Part shown: one piece after another, positions 11,718-23,499 of the stretch
How the letters are laid out: every line of letters begins with the position of its first letter
Position numbering within the stretch: the first letter of the stretch is position 1
From: Anthoceros angustus
Taxonomy: Eukaryota; Plantae; Anthocerotophyta
Direction of reading: 5' to 3'
NCBI GenBank assembly: GCA_010909165.1
Contig: VJWM01000367.1
Location: forward strand, 1 to 35,392
Length of the DNA: 35,392 nt
Position numbers and translations under genes: made by a program
The notes under the pieces: model-generated
Database searches by the model: none
Told to the model about the DNA's origin: nothing
What the model saw: only the letters and a program-made list of their open reading frames with translations

Positions 11718-12014
11718 CTTCAAGACCAAGGTGAACCACAAGAAGGTCCCACTCACCTCCTCTGCGACAATCAGTCTGCTATCGCTCTTGTCGCCAACCC
11801 TCGCTTCCATGCACGCACCAAACACATTGAAATTCATCACCATTATGTTATGGATGCAGCTGAGAGGGGGATTCTAAAGGTTCTTTATGTATCTATTGGA
11901 GACAACACAGCTGACATCTTAACCAAGACTCTTTCCAAGGAGAAGCATTTCAAATATGTGGAGGGCTTGGGACTCATTGACTATCAGCCCTATTTCTTAC
12001 AGCCCAACTTCTGA
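11718..12014 (+). mobile_element. Ty1/copia pol C-terminal RNase H fragment (5'-truncated)
   Basis: Open frame LQDQGEPQEGPTHLLCDNQSAIALVANPRFHARTKHIEIHHHYV...DNTADILTKTL...GLGL*, with the canonical copia RH motifs CDN.SAI, H.RTKHI and ADI.TK; followed by a G-rich PPT-like tract at 12026-12040. Confidence 0.92.
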
Positions 12015-12034
12015 TTGCTTACCTTATAGGGGGG

Positions 12035-14458
12035 TGGGGGTGAGGATCTTGGCCTCTGATATGATGGGTGTGCCTTGCTGCTGTTACTGTTGCCCTCTTA
12101 TGGTGCCTGCAACAGACATACTCTATGGTTAGTTTCAGGCGACATGCAGTTGCCTACACGTGGATGAAGCCTCACGCTGATCCGATCACCTGTATGATGG
12201 AAGCTGTGCTTTTTTCACTCCGCCTCTCCATCTTTCAGTTTCTGGAGCAGTGTTATTGTCTCCGCCAGAGGAACTAGCAAGCTGCGCTCATCTCCCCATC
12301 ACTGTTGCTCCGATGGGTCATCTTCTGGCACCTCCGGTTTACTCCAGCACAGCTTGATGTCTAGGTTGATTCTGTATCCCCAGATGCACACATATGCGCC
12401 TGCGGCGTGTCTCACATCCCAGTCTGTTGCTTCCTCGTGGCGGCCACTCCCATGCTCACGCTGGTTGCTTCTCGCTTTGCGTTTTCTACTCCTCCTGGTA
12501 GCTGGATTCTCTTGCCGGGCAATTTCGCTGGCATACAAGCGAAATTGACCAACCAGTTGAAGGAGGCCAGAGAGGACAATGTCGCCCTCCATGTGAGAGT
12601 GGGGGAGTTAACCTTGGCAAGGGATGCCTACAAGTGTAGGTGTGAGGTTGGCCTGAAGACCTCAACGACCTTGAAATGAAGTACCAGAGTCTGGGAGTAC
12701 ATCTCCACAATCGGATCCTCAAGGCCAACAACGAGGTGCTGCGCCTTACGAAAAGGAGGGCATTGGAGCCTCATGATGACGATAGGGAAGCCCTCATGAA
12801 AGCAAGACCGGGAGCCTCGGATTTTGATGAGGCAGGAAACGACATGGACTCCGAGGAGTCCGAAGAAGAAGAAGCAGGTGAAGGATCCGCGGTGCCACCA
12901 GGAAGGAAAGATGTAGGAGTGAAGGTAGGTGACCAACCTACCATTGTAGGTGGCCAACCTGCCACGGTAGGTAGGCAACCAACCACGTAGGTCGTACCAC
13001 CAGCGAGGTCAGTCCAACGGAGGAGACGAGCCATGAAGGTCCTGCCAAGTACAAGGTAGCAACGGGAGGACCGAGCGCCACTCCTCCTGCAATGGAGGTC
13101 GGGACGACCAAGGGCGCGACGCCACCGGAGGAAGAGGAGAAGGAAGGGATATGACTATCGGCAGGTGAAGGGACAAGAAATTTACTTGCTTACGAATAAG
13201 AGAGAGCCGAGGCCGGGATGAGTCCAAGCAAAAGGCATAAGGATCAATCGGAGGAGAAACTGTGCCGCCTACCCAATAGGATGAGGATGGGTCCAAAGGA
13301 CCATAAATATGTCTTGGGAATTGAGAAGGTAGGTGGTGTGTAGGGTAGGTAGGCAGGAGCTTGGGCAAGAGCCATTAAGGCTTACGCAGATGAAAAATTC
13401 TAGAATAGAATTTACTCAAGGTGAACCAGTAAGTTTCAGTGTCAGACTTCAAAGCCTGACAGTATGATATATTAAAATAATGTGTAAGGCGTGGAGGGAG
13501 GTACATCAGGGGGAGGTTGGATGTGAGACCCCTCCTATAAGAGGAAGGAGTTTTTGTGAAGTAAAGTATCACGTCTGGCACTTCCAAACTCGCGAGTCCT
13601 TTGCCCCTTGTGAAGGAATTTCGTGCCGACTGCAAGCTACCGCAGTGTCTAGTAGAGAGGAAGTTTGCGGTGGTCGGAGTGCTTGGTAGAGGGCTCGCTC
13701 CTTGCGGGCGCCTCGACGGGTTGCTTCCCTTGTGAATGGTTGTTGTGAAATTGCTTTGCTTTGGGTGTGTGGCGATGCCCAAGGAACTCTCGGCTTGAGG
13801 GTAGACTACAGGGAAAGACTCCCAGGAGGTTCTCGCTATCTGGTGTTAAACTCATAGCAACCGGCCCAAGGAAGAACTTGCTGGCTTGTAGGCGAACCCA
13901 AGGTAGTTGTGCCGTAAGGGCAAGCTGGGGCCAGTGAGCTTCAAGTGAGGTTAGAGTAGGAGGATGATGAGGTGAGTCGAGTTGAGCGTTGAGGATGAGG
14001 AGGAGGAATGTTGAGTAGAGGATTAGAATGTAGGAAATAGCGAAGGCCCAAGGCGAGCCTACGGATGAATCCCAAATCAGCAAGAAGGCATTCCATCGTT
14101 GGAGGAGCTAGTCTTAGAGATGGGGACAAACTCGCGGCGTGGGTCAGGGGGTCCCTCGGCGCCCGAGGTGGACTCCTTTCCCTGAGGCATGGCCTACAGT
14201 TGTGTTGTGTTGTTGTAGGTCGAGAGTTGGTGAATTTTCGGAGCAGTGCAAGTGGTGCATTTGCTCTAGAGGGAAAGTTAGAGGGTGCCTCGCTTGTTGA
14301 GGGGGCTGAGGTTGTGAGCGGGTGTAGGCAACAATTGATCTCTCAGAATCCGACGGTCCACACAAGTCTCATGGGACAAAACCCAACGTGCTAAGCGACA
14401 GTGGGATAAGTGTGGCCACTAGAGGGTGAATCTTGGAAGCCCCGGAATTTTCCTCCCA
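12035..14458 (+). mobile_element. ~2.4 kb LTR-like segment (plus orientation) related in architecture to the long LTRs at 19212/29543; boundaries approximate
   Basis: Starts TG after the PPT-like tract and ends ...CCTCCCA at 14458. TATA-like cctataagagg near 13533. Carries tgggataagtgtggccac (14402-14419), identical to the reverse complement of 29576-29593 and at a similar distance from the LTR end. Contains a broken coiled-coil/acidic reading frame at ~12400-12990. Confidence 0.5.
12925..12995. repeat. 21-bp minisatellite, 3-4 copies; first units are self-complementary (GTAGGT-N5-ACCTAC)
   Basis: gtaggtgaccaacctaccatt / gtaggtggccaacctgccacg / gtaggtaggcaaccaaccac / gtaggtcgt. Confidence 0.8.
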
Positions 14459-14469
14459 TGGGGAGCAAG

Positions 14470-15068
14470 TGTCATGGCCACCTTTTTAGCATCAAGCTAG
14501 ACATGGAGGGCCTAAGCTCGGGATGCAACACTCTCCCGGAATCCTAGTGCCAGCTGTGAGGATGTTACTGAGGCTAGGCAAGATAGTGATGTTGGAGAGC
14601 TGAAGCATTCCTCTGGCGGGTAGCCATGACATGTGGGTGATGCCCAGTATGGGATCCCCGAGGCCGGACACACATGTCGGCAGGGAGGCCCAAGGACATC
14701 TGGGAGGACCTGAACACACTCTTCTTTGTGCAAACAGGACAGCTTGGATCAACCGTGGAGGCGGCTGAGCAGGAGCAGGCTCGCCGACGTGCTTCCAAGT
14801 ACCTGTGGCGCGATGGGTACTTGTTGAGGAGGCTGACTAATGAATTAGAGCGATTGGTGCCACCCCCTGCTGATAGGGAACAACTGACCTGGTGATAGAG
14901 AACAGCTGATCTATCGAGTACACGATGACATGGGTCATTTTGGGGTCAAACGCACCTACAGCTTACTGCTCCCACATTTTCATTGGCATGGCATGTATGC
15001 CCAGGTCAAATAGCAGGTGGCCTGCTGCAAGGAATGAGATAGGGTGAAGACATCCTTCACCATCCGTA
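14470..15068 (+). pseudogene. Degenerate Ty3/gypsy pol fragment (RNase H end to integrase HHCC zinc-binding domain)
   Basis: VHDDMGHFGVKRTYSLLLPHFHWHGMYAQVK*QVACCKE*DRVK at ~14918-15048, an integrase H2C2 domain with two in-frame stops; upstream frame ...YLWRDGYLLRRL...VPPPADRE. Confidence 0.85.
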
Positions 15069-15256
15069 ATACTCCAAATGTTGGATATACATATATATAG
15101 ATGATATATATTTATATATTAGTAAACCAACGATGGTTTTAAATTAAGTTTAAGTAGGGTTATGTATTTAACCCAAGAGACACTCACAAGTATTTAAGAC
15201 ACATACCTGTTCTTGATAATTAATGTTTTACCCGCTTTTGAAACATCCGCCTGCCA

Positions 15257-15269
15257 TGGTATCATAGCC
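15257..15269 (+). promoter_or_regulatory. tRNA-iMet-type primer binding site (one mismatch) after a possible short LTR end
   Basis: TGGTATCATAGCC versus the consensus TGGTATCAGAGCC, immediately after ...ccgcctgcCA; candidate LTR start TGTTGG at 15079; no gag found downstream. Confidence 0.4.
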
Positions 15270-16016
15270 ATGGATTTGAAGAACATGGTGTCTAGCAATT
15301 TGTTCACCATTTCTTTTAATTTGAATGGCTTTGTTTGCATGCATTGTTAGCATTTATGTTTTACTTTGTATGACATTGATTTCTAGTTTCTAGAGTCAAT
15401 GTTGATAGTACTCATCATCCGTAAGGAGTTCTTTGAGAATGCCTTGTAGGAGGTTCTCTCAATGCTAGCCCTCCCGACCTCTAGAAGCATACAAGATCTC
15501 AAAGACACATCGGTTCTTCTGCCAGATCACCCAGTGGTTGACGCCCACCGGCCGGATCTCGATCCTCGCCGAAGTTCCTTCACCGCACATTTGATAACCG
15601 CTTAGGAAGCCAAGGATACTATCGCTTCTTATCACTTTCTTCAGAGTGAAGATCAATGCGCATCGAGTCAGATTCTCAAGCCGCTGGATGCACCGAGGCG
15701 TCACATACCTCAAGTGACTCTGACATGCAACTTTGGCTAGGCGTTGTCCGATTGAGCACCGATTTTCATTCTCTTGCCGAGGTCACGTTTTGAATTAAGA
15801 TCAAGTGTCCGGACCTTTTCCTCAAGAGATCCATTTGTGGCAACGATCTTCCAACCTTGACGCCGACTCGGATCGCCCACACCTGCCTCCTTGGTGAGCG
15901 TGCTCGAGATTCCAAGAGACGATGGGTGGAAGGATACGAGATCGCCATTCTTCACCCATCACCGAGATTTCAAGGATGCATTGAGGACATAAGAAGAGAC
16001 ATTTTTGGTGAAGATG

Positions 16017-17065
16017 TGTGGTGCTAATCCTTGAGCATACCTCACTCCGTTGATTTGTGTTGTGTGGTCAAGCCGCCTCATGTAGGGCTGTGACCTTCTG
16101 AATCACACAAACACATAGCGGTTGGTCAGTTGAATCGGTATATGTTACTTTAGGGTAGAGCGTAGGTCTCTACTTACCGTTTCATATGTTGCTGAACTTC
16201 AACTGTTAATGACTTTTCATGTCTCCGCTTCTGTCCTTATTATGTCTGTCCATTTCTCATGTCTGATGTCTCCGTAGATAGTGATAATGAAGAAGGTGCA
16301 TGTCATGCTGTTGCTGTATGGGAAACAGAGCACCTAAGACTCTAAGGATCGATATCGACTAGAGCATCCCGGCATAAGCCCCGAATGCCGAAATGACTAG
16401 ATATCGATCGAGCATCGGGCATAAGCCCCGATGTCAAGTTTGATGATGTCATGTACATGGCCCATGGATGGCCCGCACATGACATGTATGCCATGCATGT
16501 GTGCCATGTATGCACGTATGGAGATGAAGGATGACATGTGATGTGGACATGTGGCGTGATGTGTCATGGCGCATGCAATCTATATGCATGTGCATGTAAG
16601 GCGCGTATGACGATATATAGATAGCAGATTTATATTAGAAAATACATAAAAATCATAAATCAAGGAAAAGGACGAATAGGCTGTTAAACACATAAAATAT
16701 TATTATTTTCAAGGCCAAGGAAAGTAGGATTATAAAGTGCCCACCATCGATACGGGTGGACACTTCATCGAGAACTCGGGGTTTTGCCTATATATGTAGG
16801 CACCAATGGATTCTGGATTGTTGATGTTTGTCTTGTTCTAATAGACAGCCATACTGCCCCTCGCCGTGTCTTTGTCTCCTAGAGGTTCTTGTGGTTCGTT
16901 GCATTGTCGTTGGGAGAATTTTCCATTTCACCACATCAACAATCCTCTTGTTGGGGACTAAGATTGATCGAGGAGACTGTGGCTACTGGAGATTGGAGGA
17001 AGAGGCGGAAGTCGCCCACCATCCAACCTGTGAGACAGATCCGAGAAGGTTGAGTGTTGCGTAGC
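16017..17065 (+). mobile_element. Probable 5' LTR region of the plus-strand host gypsy element (boundaries approximate)
   Basis: CATG/RY-rich tract at 16450-16610, duplicated hairpin at 16351-16434, TATA-like cctatatatg at ~16788, directly upstream of degenerate gag; no clear PBS found. Confidence 0.4.
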
Positions 17066-17069
17066 ACGA

Positions 17070-19211
17070 GATAGGCTGATGTTTTTCGATGGATGAATTT
17101 CGCCATTGATTATACATTTTAGGTGTGGTAGTCTCACGATTGCCGAGTTAGCGTAATTGTCTCGGAGAAGAGCTCGCATACGCCCTGGAGCCTTGTGGAT
17201 AGAGGCTGGATGTACTTTTCTCTAGCTGGTTGGGCTAACGGTGGAAACAATTTGCCTTTTGACAACATCCGCAAAGGGTCGGCATAGGAGAAGTAACCAT
17301 TGATGGTGTTCCCGAGATCGTGGTGGATCGACGAAGGACACCGCGCTGCCTTCACGGAGAAGTGCACGACGCCTACTACTCGCCATTCAAGAGGACACCG
17401 GAACAATACAGACAACGCGCCACCACAAGGAGACATGATTGAGCGAGAGTCCGCAAGAATGGAGCTTGAGTTCACACCAAGTAAGAACGATGTCTTCACA
17501 GAAAACATGGAAGCATGTCTCTTGCGATTTCGAGGAGAAGTTTCGTTGGGCAATGGCGGAAAACAAGATGAAATACAAGGACGAGTTCACTCGAGGATGG
17601 CGTTCATGAAGATGTCATCCTACCTTGGGTGAGGCTCTAATGTATTACAGAGATGAGAAGGCTGGGATCCTGAAGGTGGCCGAGAGAAGAGAAGGCACGA
17701 GGCAGCCCAAGAGGGCTGGTTCGATTGCACCCCTCGACGAGGACAAGCTCGAGCATCCGGTGGACTTGATGTTCGCCAAGTTAACCACCATGTTACCGGA
17801 AAAGATCCAGAAGCCGAGGTTTTCTTCAGCCTAACGAGACATTGCGTGCATCTTACCTCGATTGAAGGTTCCGTGGAAGACACGGATGTCAAGACGATGA
17901 GGGAGGCGCCGAGATCTTCATGGCGCATTGCCCGCCGAGAAGGAAGGTGATGGACTGCATGGAGCGATGGGAGAGAGATATCAGTTGATAGACGCCTATC
18001 AAATTGCTGAGAAGGTGCTCAAAGGAGATGCGAAGCGGTGCTTACTTGGAGGATCACGAGTCGTGAAGGGCCCTTCGCAGACGGTCCGGAGGACACGGAA
18101 TTCCGTGTTTGTTCCAAGGTACCAAGATCGGGAGCAAGCATCCTCGTGGACATGGCAAGCACCACATGTGCCAAGGAGAGGCCACTAACAATGCAGTCAA
18201 GCTGAAGTGTGGCGATGCCGTGGAGCGCTCAATGCCTACAAGCCGTGGCCCAAAGGGCAAGGAAGCCTGTAAGTCTTGTGGGATGGGGTCACATGGAGGC
18301 GTGTTGGGAAGCTCATCCAGAGTCAAGCCCAAGCTTGCATCACCGAGAAGGAGAAGGGCAAGGGCCCAAGTCGTAAGGCTCTCCTCGGGCAAGTGGAGGA
18401 GCTCAAGAAGGAGATGGCCAACATGGGAAAGGCAGGATTTTGTTCTCGACCGGCGAGATGAGGCGTTTGGCATGATGGCGGTGCGCAAGAAAAAGAAAAG
18501 GTTGTTGACTTTGGTGAAGGCGTCCGCTCGGGAGTGCCGAACGGGAATCGACCAAGATGCCGGAGAGTTTCCGTCAGGTCGAGGAAAACTCCACGACACA
18601 GAAGGTGTCAAGACCAGGTCGAGACATTGAGGCGTTGCTGGACAAGGCCATGGAGGTGCCTGCAGTAAGTCTTGTGGATCTGGGAGTGAAGGGCAACAAC
18701 TTCAAAAACATCATGCGAGAATGGCTGAGGAAGGAGCTTGAATCCGCAGGATCTCTTCCTAGTATGGCGGGTGTGGCGACATCCGATGCCGGAGGAGCGA
18801 GGTGAAGGAGGTGTTGCCATGATTGATAACACGGACGGCACGTGACCTTTGATGGCTATGCTCCAAGATGCATTTGTAGACATGTGGAGCGGATCCGTCA
18901 CTGGAGCACGGTGCGGAGGCACTAAAGTCAGATGGACACAAGCTCGCTCCGAGCGACGTGAACATCACCACCGCAGTACCAAGGAATGTAATCGGGAATG
19001 ACGAGGCCCGTGAAGATTGAATTGAAGCTCGCACGAAGGATGCCAAGATCGTTGAAGTGAGATGTTTGGTCACGGCAAAGACATATGATGTCTTGGGTCG
19101 GACGGAACTCACCGTCCCGCCATGGGGTTGATCCCTTGCACGTCAAGCTTTCTCTGACCATTCGGTGGAGGAGATTTCACGATGTTGCACGAATTCCTCT
19201 AAGGATGAATA
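17070..19211 (+). pseudogene. Frameshifted gag-protease of a plus-strand Ty3/gypsy element, interrupted at 19212
   Basis: CCHC-like knuckle CKSCGM.GHMEA.CW at 18268-18306 (needs indel correction); gag-pol linker LLDKAMEVPAVSLVDLG...; protease-like AMID at 18816-18827 and YDV(L)LGR at 19084-19102. Confidence 0.65.
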
Positions 19212-22200
19212 TGTGGTAGGTTTCGGGTCACCGGAGCTTGCCTCGTGGCCACACTTATCCTACTCGTTGAATACGAGGTTCGATCCCAAGAGATTTGGTT
19301 CGGATTGTTTGCAGTCGCTTCCTCCTCACTCTCTCACTCCTCCCGCCTGCCTACTTGTCCTCGCAGGGCAACAAAACCGGTGTTATGCGGGTTATCTCGC
19401 CCACGGCCGCCTCCACGCCTGTGATTCCCTCCACCTCAACACTCCTCCGCCAACTACAACGATCAATTCACTCTACAACGACACACCCATAGCCAACCTC
19501 TTCACCATTCTCAAAAGAAACATAGCTCATGAGACCACCACATACGGACTCACTTCATTCGATCCCCAAATCTAACTCTACTACTTAGCGTTCGCGGTTG
19601 CGCCTCCCTTGGCTGCACAGGGTGGACTAGGTGGGTATTTCTCTCGGGCGATTGCGTGTGAACACGGCGGCGTGGTCGGCCATCACCCTGAGGCCACCCG
19701 GAAACACAAAGCACATCCAACAACAATCTTTCACGAGAGAGGAGCTGCGTTGGCGAACCCACCGAGGGGCCTCGAAACCCCACCCCTTAGCCTTCGTCGC
19801 TTGGCGGCGGTCAGCACACACACAAAGGGATGCGCGGAGGCGAAGAATGCATGACAAAGCAAGGTCGGTGTTTATTCATTCTTCCACCCTCCCTTTTATA
19901 GGTGGGGAGTCGGTAGCCACTCGTGCTAGTTTAATGCTAGGCGACTTGCCAAGTCCAACAATAGGACTCTTGTCGCCTTCGTCCTCGGCTCATCCGACTC
20001 ACCTTGACCGAATATCCTATCTCTATCTGCCGCCACTCTTAAATACTCACACTTCCCAAGGTGTGCACCACTTGGGACAAAACGTCCTCTTGAAAAGGTC
20101 CCTCTCTCGTTCGCTGCTTTTGTTCCCAATGTCTTCCCTTGATGGGTCGCTTAGCCTTGCCCACCTCCGAGTCTTCTCGGACTATGCAGTAGCCGCCTCT
20201 CATCGGTGGTAGGTCTTCCCTGTGGTAGGAGGTTCCATTCCTCCTACTCGTTCATCTCGATGGGTTCCTCCCCTCTGTTCTCGTCTTCTTGGTAGGTTCG
20301 TCTCCTACCTCTGTTTGGATCTTGCTATGGGGTACCTTCCCTCACACTGGTTTCGTGACCGGAGGTACCCTTCCTTCCGTCTCCTCCTCTTCAGCAGTTC
20401 CTACGAGTAGGAACTTGGTGGTACCATCCTACCATCGTCTCTTCCTCCCGCTTGATAGCCCGTCGGGAGGTTCTCTGGCGTCGCCGTAGGTGCTTCTTGA
20501 TCGCTCGCTCGGCTATGTCCAGCCCGCTTTCCTTGTACCAACTCAAAGTTTTCGGCCTATTCCACTGGCGTCGAGCGGTGAGGTCATTTCTTTCTTCCTC
20601 AGTAGCGTTCCTCAATCGCTTCTAGGAGGTTGTTGTAGTAGGTCGCCACCCTACCACTCTCCTTCTTTTGTCGTCCATGATGCGGACCCTTAGTGGGATG
20701 ATGGCCTTTTCGTCCCACCCGGCGATTTGTCACTCCTACCAATGCCTCTTTCTCCACTACCGCTCTCTCCAACTCCGGGCAAGCCTCCCAATCTCCTTAT
20801 CTTTCTCCATGGCTTCCATCGCCATATGCGTTTCACTAAGCGTGATCGCTCTCGCTTTGCTCCTCGAATGACCAAGACCCTCCAAAGATCGTTGGGCCAT
20901 CAAAACCTCCTTCCGGGTTCCTTGCCTCCGTTTCATAGGCGTGGGTAAGGTCGTCGGCCTTCTTCGTTCTGCTCCAAAAGTTCTCTCGTGTCTGAGCTCC
21001 TCTTTGTGACCCTTAGTCACATTGTCCCATCCTTGTCGTTCCTTCACCAAGGTCGTATTTTCCCTTGTAATGCTCCTTCCGTTGCTCCATGGCAACTAAC
21101 TTCTTTAGGAGGTCCTTCTCGTCTTCAAGGTCACGCCTTGCTAGTAGAATCTGCCTCCTCCTTGCTGCGATGTGTCCTACCCTTGCTAGGTAGCTTCCTT
21201 TCATACGCCTCCTTCCGGCAACTCCTCAGCCCTCTTGGCTGATTTTGCCTCTGTCCTAAGACGGTCAATCATTTCCACACATTCACCAACTTGGTGGTCA
21301 TCCTGTCGCTCTTGGCGGATCTAGCACGGAGTGTTGCTTCTCGAGGTGGTTTTGAGCTCCTCTCAATTTCTTCTCATCCTCCGGCTCCTTTCGTAGGTCT
21401 CGAAGTTCAACGAACTTGGTCACCTCCCACACGGTCCACTAGGGCGTCCATAGATCCTGCGCCCACTTCCTTCATCGGACTACCCTCAGGATGCCGGGTC
21501 TCAAACACTTCTCTGCTCCTCCTGTTGGTGCGTAGGTCACCAACGTTCCTCGGCGTTCTTCTCCGTCACACCTCAAGTCTTGTTACTACTTCTTGGTGGG
21601 AGGTAAAGCTCCTACCGTAGGTCCTCCGTCCTCACAGGTCCCTACAGGGTTCACTCCTACCACCGGTGTTGTCGGCCTTCCAATCCTCAACCCTCGGTAG
21701 GTGGTCTCGTATCCTTTCCTCCTTCCTCCGTAGGAGGTGCTTCTAGCCTTCTTCCCTTTCTCTTGTTGGGTTCACGATCACGAGGCCTCATGTTGGTTCG
21801 CGGGTGGCGGTCTCTTGCCCGGGGCCTCATCTGTCTCTTCATCCTCTGGGGCCGGTGATGGCTCCTTCCCTACCCTCACCGAGTAGCTTCTATCTTGGCT
21901 TCTTCCACTCGTCGGTGTAAGAACCTCCTCCCTCGATATAGGTGTCTACGAGGAAGGTAGAGACAAAGCGATTCTTGCTCCCTCCATCACCAAATGGTTT
22001 TGTGCGCAACCTTTGTTCATGAATGGTGGCCCAATCCACCAACCCAGACATCTCATACATCATCATTAAATGGGAATTTCCAGTCGTCTTCCTCGCGCCG
22101 TTAGTCCCATATCTTGGCGAATAAATTCCACTTCCGCTCCTTGAACAAAGAGATCCTCCAGCCATTGCCTTGCGACCATACTTCCTCCTTTGGTCGTAGG

Positions 22201-23465
22201 AACATACTCATAACCTCCTCGGGATCGATTCTTGGAGGCCAGGCCGGAATGATCCCTCCCTTGTGGGCTTCCGGTATCAAATCGTATCCACGGAAATGCC
22301 GTACCTTCCACATCCCGGGATGACTTGGTGTCGCATCCTCGGGGCGTCCGCCTTGGTCACTCTCATTCGTCGCGCACACTCCACAGACCAAGGCGGGGCC
22401 GAAGTGCCACCGGTACCAAGTACTGACCATTCCATCTTCATCTCGGTAGCTCGCCTCAAATCTCGAGGTGAAATTTGGGCGGCCTACACTCGAACTCGGG
22501 GTGGGTGTTTCTTACCTTTTCCCTTGTGGGCGGTGTGTGGCGGAGGTTTCCTCCCGTGGGAGTACCCCGTTCCCGTCCTCACTATCTTTACCATCGCAGG
22601 AGCACACACAAGGATAGCAAAATTGGAGAGATTGGAGTAATCTATCGGGCTAAGAGAGTGAGCAAAGAGGTGGTGGTTTGGGTGAGACAGCAAGGGGAGT
22701 TCTTCCGCTCCTCGGCAGTCGGCCTCAACGCAACCACTAAGAGGTGGCCTTGGCCCCTTCAATCTCCCCTCCGGCTTCTCCACCTTGCTCGCCTTTTGGC
22801 GTGGTAGCCATGCTCACCTCGGCGCCTCTCACATCGCCTCCGCTCGAGCACCTCCACTCGCCTTGCGGATCCCCTCGAACTCCTTCCGGCCTCGCTCATG
22901 CCCGCTAGCTCCGCTCGATGACCGCCTCGCGCTCCTCGGCGCCTTGGTTCGCTCCCACCTCGGCTGCGCCCGCGCACCGCCTTCCTTCTTGAGCGCAACT
23001 CCACTTACTCCCTCGGCCGACTGCGGTTCGCTGAAGCGCCCGTTCAAAACCACAGCTAACGAGTTTGCGGTACATGCAAATCGCCTTAATATGCTCCTCA
23101 CGATGGGCGCCACGTGTCGGTTCAAAACTCCAGCCATTTTCCATCTACAACTTAACTAGCCCTTTTGGCATATATAGCCATGCGAACCTAAATAATTGAA
23201 GGCCAAGGAACTTCCTATCCCGAATATTCCTACTCCCCATGGTCCAAGGAACTTTGAACCTATCATGCCTATATATGCTTCTATCTACCCATACTTTCTA
23301 CCGGTCGAGACCTCCTCACAGTGCCCGATTGATTAAGTCCGAACTCCCCTGGACGTCCTACCATCTTCCTACACTATCGACCTACCTACTACCTGCACGA
23401 ACCCACTATTCATCCTTGGCGTCGTCTCTCCCGCGTCTTGGGTGACCAAAATTCTTCGTTCCACA
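19212..23465 (-). repeat. 3' LTR (4254 bp) of the Athila-like element
   Basis: Plus strand begins TGTGGTAGG (19212) and ends GTTCCACA (23465), a 5-bp terminal inverted repeat; colinear over its whole length with 29543-33790; TATA-like elements on the minus strand at 23171-23176 and 19894-19900. Confidence 0.88.
20300..22594 (-). pseudogene. Frameshifted extra ORF inside the 3' LTR (MVKIVRTG... start; W/F-rich core; coiled-coil C-terminal part); 3' end approximate
   Basis: Consecutive track ORFs tile the region in shifting frames: MVKIVRTGTG... (ATG 22594), PPRIDPEEVMSMFLRPKEEVWSQGNGWRISLFKERKWNLFAKIW, ARKTTGNSHLMMMYEMSGLVDWATIHEQRL, EKDLLKKLVAMEQRKEHYKGKY, MAMEAMEKDKEIGRL. The same peptides recur in the other LTR (ATG 32900). 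Confidence 0.6.
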
Positions 23466-23480
23466 TGCTCCTCTCCCCAT
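23466..23480 (-). promoter_or_regulatory. Polypurine tract (PPT)
   Basis: Minus strand ATGGGGAGAGGAGCA directly precedes the LTR start TGTGGAACG. Confidence 0.8.
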
Positions 23481-23499
23481 TTGTTTGCCTCGCAAACAT

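Noticed and set aside
12030-14463. TGGGG as the TSD of a solo LTR
   Set aside because: Low-complexity G run that overlaps the copia PPT, and the two flanks belong to different superfamilies (copia on the left, gypsy on the right).
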